Of a stretch of 32,000 nucleotides of DNA, positions 25,200 to 30,966 are shown in pieces. The stretch comes from Candidatus Velamenicoccus archaeovorus (lineage in GTDB: Bacteria > Omnitrophota > Gorgyraeia > Velamenicoccales > Velamenicoccaceae), in NCBI RefSeq assembly GCF_004102945.1, contig NZ_CP019384.1, positions 1,080,001 to 1,112,000 of the forward strand. Direction: 5' to 3'. Position 1 is the stretch's first letter; every line of letters starts with the position of its first letter. The position numbers and the translations under genes are program-made. The notes beneath the pieces are model-generated. The model made no database searches. It was not told the DNA's origin and was given only the letters and a program-made list of their open reading frames with translations.

Positions 25200-25237
25200 A
25201 TGATTTATGGAATCTATATATAGATTCCATAAATCAT
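25200..25237. repeat. Perfect 38-bp AT-rich palindrome ATGATTTATGGAATCTATA|TATAGATTCCATAAATCAT
   Basis: The 19-nt arms are exactly reverse-complementary with no spacer (checked base by base). It ends 21 nt upstream of the surA-like ATG and 13 nt upstream of its AAAGGAGG Shine-Dalgarno. Confidence 0.9.
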
Positions 25238-25373
25238 AGGCCTGCTTTACTTCTTGCGGCCGGCCGTCCGTGAATTAAACCCAGCACAAATTTTACCGAT
25301 GTTTTTATCTTGAACACGAACCTTGAGTTTAGACATCTGATCTCTCCGCTAAAATTAGTGCCGGGTCAAATTC

Positions 25374-25415
25374 GGCCATGCAACTTTGCTTCATCTTGCT
25401 CGCAAAGTTGCGGCC
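25374..25415 (-). terminator. Candidate terminator hairpin after mfd
   Basis: GGCC-AT-GCAACTTTGC-(12-nt loop)-GCAAAGTTGC-GGCC gives a perfect 10-bp inner stem plus a 4-bp outer stem. It begins 9 nt after the mfd stop. The downstream tract is only weakly U-rich. Confidence 0.35.
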
Positions 25416-25423
25416 TCATTTGA

Positions 25424-27319
25424 TTAACGCGCTAACGTCTCCTGCAAGGCCGCCACAGATTCCCTCAAAAGACGGCAATAAAGATCGAAGCCGACTGCCG
25501 TGATATGACCGTGCTGTTGAACACCCAAAAGATTACCCGCACCGCGGATCTCAAGGTCTTCCATTGCGATCCTGAAACCCGCCCCCAGATGGGCATATTC
25601 ATGGATCGCCTCCAGGCGCTTGCGCGCCTCCGTCGATAGCGCCTTGCGCGGATGCACCACAAAATAGGCATAAGCCTTCTTGGTAAAACGCCCCACCCTG
25701 CCCCTCATCTGATGCAGGTCCGCCAGACCGAAATTTTCGGCATTATTGATGATGATGGTGTTGGCATTGGGCACGTCGATACCCGATTCAATGATCGTCG
25801 TGGACACCAGAACATCGATCCGGTTGTTGAGAAAATCCACCATGATCTTCTCGAGCACATGCGACGGCATCTGGCCGTGGGCGAAGGCCACGCGCGCCCC
25901 CGCAGGCGCCAGGGACACCACATCATCCCTGATCTCTTCAATGTCCTCGACGCGGTTATGCACGAAATAAACCTGGCCGCCTCGCTTCAATTCCCGCTCC
26001 AACGCCTGGGACAAAAGGGTCTTGTCATAGGCCACTACGTGCGTCTCGATGGCGATGCGGTTCTCCGGCGGCGTATTGATGACCGAAATGTCCCTGGCCC
26101 CCATCAGCGACATGTAAAGCGTCCGCGGGATAGGCGTCGCCGTCAACGTCAGGACATCCACCAGGGAACGCATCTCTTTGAGCTTTTCCTTGTCCTTGAC
26201 GCCGAACCGCTGCTCCTCATCGATGATGACAAGCCCCAGTTCCCGGAAGCGGATGTCGGCCGACAACAAGCGGTGCGTGCCGATCAAAATGTCGATGCGC
26301 CCTTCGGCCGTATCCTTGATGATCCCGGCCTGCTGCGCCTTTGTCCTGAACCGTGAGAGCATCTCGGCCCGCACGGGAAAATCCTTGAGACGTTTCTTGA
26401 AATTCTGATAATGCTGCTCGGCCAAAATCGTCGTCGGCACCAAAAAGGCCGCTTGTTTATTGTCCATAACGCATTTGAACGCTGCGCGCATGGCGACTTC
26501 GGTCTTGCCGTAACCGACATCCCCGCAAAGCAGCCTGTCCATGGCAAACGTCGCTTCCATGTCGCGTTTAGTGTCTAAAACAGCCTGGGCCTGGTCCGGC
26601 GTCTGCGCGTAGGGAAAAGCCTTTTCAAAATCGGCCTGCCACGGCACGTCTTTACCAAAGGGGTGGCCTCCGAGCGCCTTGCGCATGGCCTGGATCTTCA
26701 AAAGATCGCACGCCACTCTCACGGTGGCCTTCTGGGCGCGCAGCTTTGTCCGCTTCCACTCCCCCGACCCCATGCGATAGATCTTGGGCTTACGGTTTCC
26801 GAAACCCACATACTTCTGCACCACGTGCATCTGTTCCACGGGCACAAAGAGACGGTCTTCGCCCTGGTAGCGGATGACCATGTGCGGACGGTCCTGCCCT
26901 CCCAGACGGACATTGTCCATGCCCTGATAGACCCCGATGCCGTGCTCGGGATGGACGACATAATCGCCCTTCTTGATGTCCACAAAGGCATTGAGCGGCG
27001 TTTCCTGAGAGAGAGCAGCGATCTTTAAAGGCCGGCTTTGCGCCTTCTTGGGCAGGAGAATGACGATCTTGTGTTTCCAAAAAGGTGCGCCTGTCGTCAG
27101 GCTATAGCTGTCAATGGAACGGATGAGCTCGCCGTCCCATTCGATACGCAGGGGGTATTCGAAGGTCGTCGGGAAGACATCGATGATGCCTCCGCGACGG
27201 GCAAACTCCCCCTCTTCAGACACCTGGGCCTGCCGCTTATAGCCGAACTCCGCCAGTGTGCGGTTGAAGATCTCTGGGGATAGCTGTTGTCCTTCGAAAA
27301 ACTTAAAAGACCTGAACAT
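25424..27319 (-). CDS. mfd: Transcription-repair coupling factor Mfd, unusually short form (631 aa)
   Basis: The CarD/TRCF RNAP-interacting domain (GDYVVHPEHGIGVYQGM...FVPVEQMHVVQKYVG) sits at residue ~118. SF2 translocase motifs follow (GDVGYGKTEVA, DEEQRFGV, TATPIPRT, QVYFVHNR, HGQM, VSTTIIESGIDVPNANT, LHQMRGRVGR). The protein ends at GFDLYCRLLRESV... Confidence 0.88.
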   Translation of the reverse strand: MFRSFKFFEGQQLSPEIFNRTLAEFGYKRQAQVSEEGEFARRGGIIDVFPTTFEYPLRIEWDGELIRSIDSYSLTTGAPFWKHKIVILLPKKAQSRPLKIAALSQETPLNAFVDIKKGDYVVHPEHGIGVYQGMDNVRLGGQDRPHMVIRYQGEDRLFVPVEQMHVVQKYVGFGNRKPKIYRMGSGEWKRTKLRAQKATVRVACDLLKIQAMRKALGGHPFGKDVPWQADFEKAFPYAQTPDQAQAVLDTKRDMEATFAMDRLLCGDVGYGKTEVAMRAAFKCVMDNKQAAFLVPTTILAEQHYQNFKKRLKDFPVRAEMLSRFRTKAQQAGIIKDTAEGRIDILIGTHRLLSADIRFRELGLVIIDEEQRFGVKDKEKLKEMRSLVDVLTLTATPIPRTLYMSLMGARDISVINTPPENRIAIETHVVAYDKTLLSQALERELKRGGQVYFVHNRVEDIEEIRDDVVSLAPAGARVAFAHGQMPSHVLEKIMVDFLNNRIDVLVSTTIIESGIDVPNANTIIINNAENFGLADLHQMRGRVGRFTKKAYAYFVVHPRKALSTEARKRLEAIHEYAHLGAGFRIAMEDLEIRGAGNLLGVQQHGHITAVGFDLYCRLLRESVAALQETLAR

Positions 27320-27347
27320 GCCCCGTCATCCCCTCGCGCCCCGGTCG

Positions 27348-29531
27348 TTACCGTCCCGGCTTCATCAAACCTCGACAAGCCAGGACAATGGGACTGGCGA
27401 TAAAGATCGTCGAATAGCAGCCGATGATAAAACCGAACAAAAGGGACAGCGCAAAAGAATTCAGGATCTCGCCGCCCAGGACATACATGGAGACAACGAC
27501 CAGAAGCGTCGCCAATGATGTCAGAATCGTCCTCGCCAGCGTCTGGTTCAAGGCCAGATTAATAACATCCCGCAATCCCACCTTGAATTTCGTGCGCATG
27601 AGCTCGCGGACCCTGTCGTAAATGACGATCGTGTCGTTGATCGAATAACCGGCGATCGTCAAGAGGGCCGTCACGATCAAAAGATCGATCTGGCGGTTCA
27701 TGAACACGAGAAAACCGGCCGTCAGCACCACGTCGTGAAGAAGCGCGAACACGCCGCCCACCGCAAAATCAAAATGCTTGAAACGGATCGCGACATATAG
27801 AAGAATGCCGATCAGCGAATAGACGATGGCAAGCGTCGCTTTCTTCTTCAGTTCCCTGCCGACGGTAGGGCCGATCTTCTCGATCCTCATCACCTCAAAA
27901 GGATTGTTACCGAATATCTTTTTGAATTCCGCCTGCACGGCATCCGCCGAATCCTCTCCGGAGCGGATGATCACCTGGCGCGGGTCTTCCTTCACCTGCT
28001 GGATATTGGCGTCGGGTAACCCCATGTCCTTCATCGCGGTGCGCAACTGTTCGATCGGCACGGCCGTCTGGAACCTGTATTCCTGGAGCTGCCCTCCGGA
28101 AAACTCGACGCCGTAGGCCGTATTCCCTTTCTTGACAAAAGAGACGATGCCGACGACAAAAATCAACCCTGAAAGCGCATAGGCCCAATAACGTCTCTTG
28201 ATAAAATCAAAATGCGTCTCCTTTTTAATGAACGAACGGAAAGACAGACCCTTGATGGCGTTCTTGTAGAGCAAAAAGTCAAAGATGAGCCTCGTGACGA
28301 CAATCGCCGTAAACATGCTTGCCACCAAACCGATCGTCAATGTCACGGCAAAACCGCGAATGGGACCTGTCCCGAACTGGAAAAGGAAAAATGCCGCGAT
28401 CAGCGTCGTCACATTGGAATCGAATATCGCCGAAAACGCCTTGTCGTAACCGTTGGCGACCGCTGTGCGCAAAGGTCGTCCGAGCGCCAGCTCGTCCCTC
28501 ATGCGCTCATTGATCAGGACATTGGCGTCAACAGCCATACCGATGGTCAAGATGATACCGGCGATGCCCGGCAAGGTCAACGTGGCATGAAAAAGGCCCA
28601 AACCACCCAGGATGATAAAAACGTTGAATAAAAGGGCGAAATCCGCAATCAACCCCGTCGCGCCGTAGTAAAAAACCATAAAAAGGAAGACGAGGGCCGC
28701 GCCGACCAGACACGCGAACAACCCCTTGCGGATCGAATCCTGTCCCAGGAGCGGCCCCACCGTCCGCTCTTCCTCGATGATCAAGGGCGCCGGAAGGGAA
28801 CCCGAGCGCAAGACAATGGCAAGGTCCTTGGCCTCATCGGGAGTAAAACGGCCCGAGATGACGGCCTCGCCCGTCGGAATAGGCTCATCGATCCTCGGCG
28901 CCGAATATATGTTGCCGTCCAGGACGATCGCCAGGCGCCGCCCGACGTTATTCTTCGTCAAATCGGCAAACTTTTTGATACCGTCGCCCTTCAGCTTCAT
29001 GCTGACGATCGGCTGACCGAAAGCGCTCTGGTCGAATTTGACATCTGCCGTCTCAAGATATTCTCCCGTGACCGCCGGTGTCTTGCTCAACAGAAGCTTT
29101 TCGCCTTCGAGCTCTTTGAGTTCGAATCCCTCTGGGACATTTCCCGCGATAGCGTCGGAGATGGCCTTTGTATCGTTGCTGACAAGCTTGAATTCAAGCA
29201 GGGCCGTACGGCCGATCAATTCCAGCGCGCGTTTCCTATCCGTCATACCAGGGAGCTGGACGACGATCTGGTCCGCCCCTTGGATCTGGATCAAGGGTTC
29301 GCGGACCCCAAATTGATCGATCCTGTTACGGATGATCTCCAAAGCGCGCTCCACGGCGTCTTCTTTGGCCTTATCGCTCAACTTGCTGGTATCCACCTTC
29401 AGGATCAGATACATTCCTCCCTGAAGGTCGAGACCAAGGCTGATCCGTTTGTTCAACGGAAAGGCCAACAAGGCGGTCACCAGGATGACGCCGAGAATCA
29501 ACAGACCCCGATACAACAGACTTTTTTGCAT
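27348..29531 (-). CDS. secDF: Fused protein-export membrane protein SecDF
   Basis: 727 aa. The SecD periplasmic region (GLDLQGG, LEFKLV) and its TM bundle are followed by SecF-like blocks (GVEFSGG, IGPTVG, YDRVRE). Confidence 0.92.
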   Translation of the reverse strand: MQKSLLYRGLLILGVILVTALLAFPLNKRISLGLDLQGGMYLILKVDTSKLSDKAKEDAVERALEIIRNRIDQFGVREPLIQIQGADQIVVQLPGMTDRKRALELIGRTALLEFKLVSNDTKAISDAIAGNVPEGFELKELEGEKLLLSKTPAVTGEYLETADVKFDQSAFGQPIVSMKLKGDGIKKFADLTKNNVGRRLAIVLDGNIYSAPRIDEPIPTGEAVISGRFTPDEAKDLAIVLRSGSLPAPLIIEEERTVGPLLGQDSIRKGLFACLVGAALVFLFMVFYYGATGLIADFALLFNVFIILGGLGLFHATLTLPGIAGIILTIGMAVDANVLINERMRDELALGRPLRTAVANGYDKAFSAIFDSNVTTLIAAFFLFQFGTGPIRGFAVTLTIGLVASMFTAIVVTRLIFDFLLYKNAIKGLSFRSFIKKETHFDFIKRRYWAYALSGLIFVVGIVSFVKKGNTAYGVEFSGGQLQEYRFQTAVPIEQLRTAMKDMGLPDANIQQVKEDPRQVIIRSGEDSADAVQAEFKKIFGNNPFEVMRIEKIGPTVGRELKKKATLAIVYSLIGILLYVAIRFKHFDFAVGGVFALLHDVVLTAGFLVFMNRQIDLLIVTALLTIAGYSINDTIVIYDRVRELMRTKFKVGLRDVINLALNQTLARTILTSLATLLVVVSMYVLGGEILNSFALSLLFGFIIGCYSTIFIASPIVLACRGLMKPGR

Positions 29532-29583
29532 ATCAAAACTCCTTGATTTTGCCTATAACCAGGTCTTTTCCTTACAAAATCAA

Positions 29584-30092
29584 TCCCGAGTCTGCGCAGG
29601 AAATTTTTGCCGACCGGCCAGCTTCGCTGGCCGAGTCGTGGCAAAAATTTACAAGCGTTGAGACGAGGGATAAACAGTTATTCCTTAATCCTGCCTCCGG
29701 CGGGATTAGACCCTTCGCTTATTTGGTATTGCGAAGGTCTACCCCCTTGTGGGGTTAACTCCTCCACCCGGCCTCATCGGATGGCCGCACCTTGCCTCAT
29801 TCGGACGGCAAGTGCGCCACCTTCTGTGGCGGTGTGCCGCTTTCTGCTTGCCTGCTATGGCAGGCAAAGCGTATCTTGGAAATATCTGGCTGCACCTGGC
29901 CCCATCTGAAGGGCCAGTGTTCCGCTTCCTGCGGAACCCGCCCCGTTACAAATTGCATTTGTAACGGGGCCCGTCCGAGTTCTGCGAGGACTGGTCGCAG
30001 ACAGATATTGACAAGATGTTTACGCAAGGAGTGACGTATATTTCCTTAGGCCCTTCCCTTATGTGGTATGGGGAAGGCCTACCCCTTGTGGG
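29584..30092 (+). repeat. 509-bp composite of nested or tandem hairpin repeats between yajC and secDF, bounded by a 12-bp direct repeat
   Basis: TTACAAAATCAA occurs at 29572-29583 and 30093-30104. The contents in order are:
- Diverged X copy 29584-29682, enclosing hairpin 29601-29650.
- Hairpin TTAATCCTGCC-TCC-GGCGGGATTA (~29687-29709).
- Y1 at 29706-29757.
- Six back-to-back GC hairpins at 29769-29937.
- A perfect 14-bp-stem hairpin at 29940-29970.
- X box at 29969-30048.
- Y2 at 30046-30095. Confidence 0.8.
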
Positions 30093-30100
30093 TTACAAAA

Positions 30101-30382
30101 TCAAGCGCCGGCTTTCTCCAGGCGTCCGATGGCGCTCTTGTCGATCTCGATGCGCGTGTTATCGTCGATCCTGACGACCAGCGTCTTGTCTTTGACGTTG
30201 ATGATCGTCCCGTGGATGCCGCCGACCGTCACGATCTGGTCATTTTTTTTCAGGGCTTCCAGCATCTTTTTGAAATCCTTCTGCTGTTTCTGCTGGGGAC
30301 GGATGAGGATAAAATAAAAAATAAGGAAGATCAGCGCTAGGGGAAACAGATTGGCCAGCATACCGGCCTGTGCCGTATTCAT
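30101..30382 (-). CDS. yajC: Preprotein translocase subunit YajC
   Basis: 93 aa. A single TM helix is followed by IRPQQK..K....M...L.K.D.V.T.GG..G.I, the YajC signature. Confidence 0.9.
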   Translation of the reverse strand: MNTAQAGMLANLFPLALIFLIFYFILIRPQQKQQKDFKKMLEALKKNDQIVTVGGIHGTIINVKDKTLVVRIDDNTRIEIDKSAIGRLEKAGA

Positions 30383-30434
30383 GAGAGGACCTCCGGAAAA
30401 GTATTGATTGTAGAGTGTCTAAATCCTAAAAACG

Positions 30435-30677
30435 CTATTTTACCTTCTTGATCAAACTCTTGAGCGTCTGGCTTGCCACGGCGCCTTTTTTCTGCCAATC
30501 CTCGAACTTCTGCTTGTCGATCTTGAGGCTGGCGGGCGTCTTGGAAGGGTCATAATAACCGATCTCTTCGATGACGCGCCCGTCGCGCGGTTGACGCTCG
30601 TCTATGACGACGACGCGGAAGTTGAAACGCTTTTTAGCCGTATCCGAGATTCTACGCAATCTGATCTTTACTGACAT
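30435..30677 (-). CDS. rpsP: 30S ribosomal protein S16 (bS16)
   Basis: From ATG 30677: MSVKIRLRRISDTAKKRFNFRVVVIDERQPRDGRVIEEIGYYDP... is canonical S16. AGGAG lies 9-10 nt upstream. The track ORF's 48-codon N-terminal extension runs through a GC hairpin repeat and is rejected. Confidence 0.92.
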   Translation of the reverse strand: MSVKIRLRRISDTAKKRFNFRVVVIDERQPRDGRVIEEIGYYDPSKTPASLKIDKQKFEDWQKKGAVASQTLKSLIKKVK

Positions 30678-30710
30678 GTCGCTTATCTCCTCTCTTGCTT
30701 TTATACCCTT

Positions 30711-30788
30711 AGTCAACCCATATTCCCAGGCCTGACCCTGGCCTTGTCCTCGGCCTGCCCTTCGGGCAAGGCCAGGGTCAGGCCGGGG
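30711..30788 (+). repeat. Repeat: 17-nt box AGTCAACCCATATTCCC plus long GC hairpin (copy 2 of 2)
   Basis: The 17-mer matches 4061-4077 exactly. It is followed by AGGCCTGACCCTGGCCTTG...CAAGGCCAGGGTCAGGCC, a ~19-bp stem. It lies 34-111 nt upstream of rpsP in the transcription direction. Confidence 0.7.
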
Positions 30789-30864
30789 CTTGTTCCGGGT
30801 ACCTCTAAGCGGTCCCAACACTCACCGCCCTAAAGGGCGGAGCTTTAGGCCGCGCAGAGTAAAC

Positions 30865-30966
30865 CACGTTAGAAAATAATGCTGCGTCCTTGCGCACCAC
30901 AAACCTAACGTGTTGCCTCATATAAAATGATCCCTTCCCCCGTTCGCCATATTATTTTCTAACGGG
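30865..30966. mobile_element. 102-bp MITE-like element with 16-bp TIRs and a 6-bp target-site duplication, overlapping the trpE stop codon
   Basis: The TIRs are CACGTTAGAAAATAAT (30865-30880) and ATTATTTTCTAACGGG (30951-30966), matching 15/16 as inverted repeats. The flanking direct repeat is GTAAAC at 30859-30864 and 30967-30972. The terminal octamer C(C/A)CGTTAG is shared with the gatC/gatA element. Confidence 0.75.

Noticed and set aside
29532-30100. Considered whether the hairpin-dense yajC/secDF spacer is a CRISPR array or a known structured RNA (RNase P, SRP, tmRNA, 6S, riboswitch).
   Set aside because: It has no regularly spaced identical repeats with unique spacers. I also could not find the conserved cores I remember, such as RNase P GAGGAAAGTCC, SRP helix 8 or the tmRNA tag. 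An Rfam scan is still needed to exclude known families formally.
30678-30821. 48-codon N-terminal extension of the rpsP ORF, and similar extensions of acsD (8210-8266), RACo (11116-11181) and rsmA (23298-23330).
   Set aside because: The conserved protein N-termini begin at the internal ATGs. The extensions run through repeat hairpins or the upstream gene and encode Gly/Arg/Pro-rich junk.
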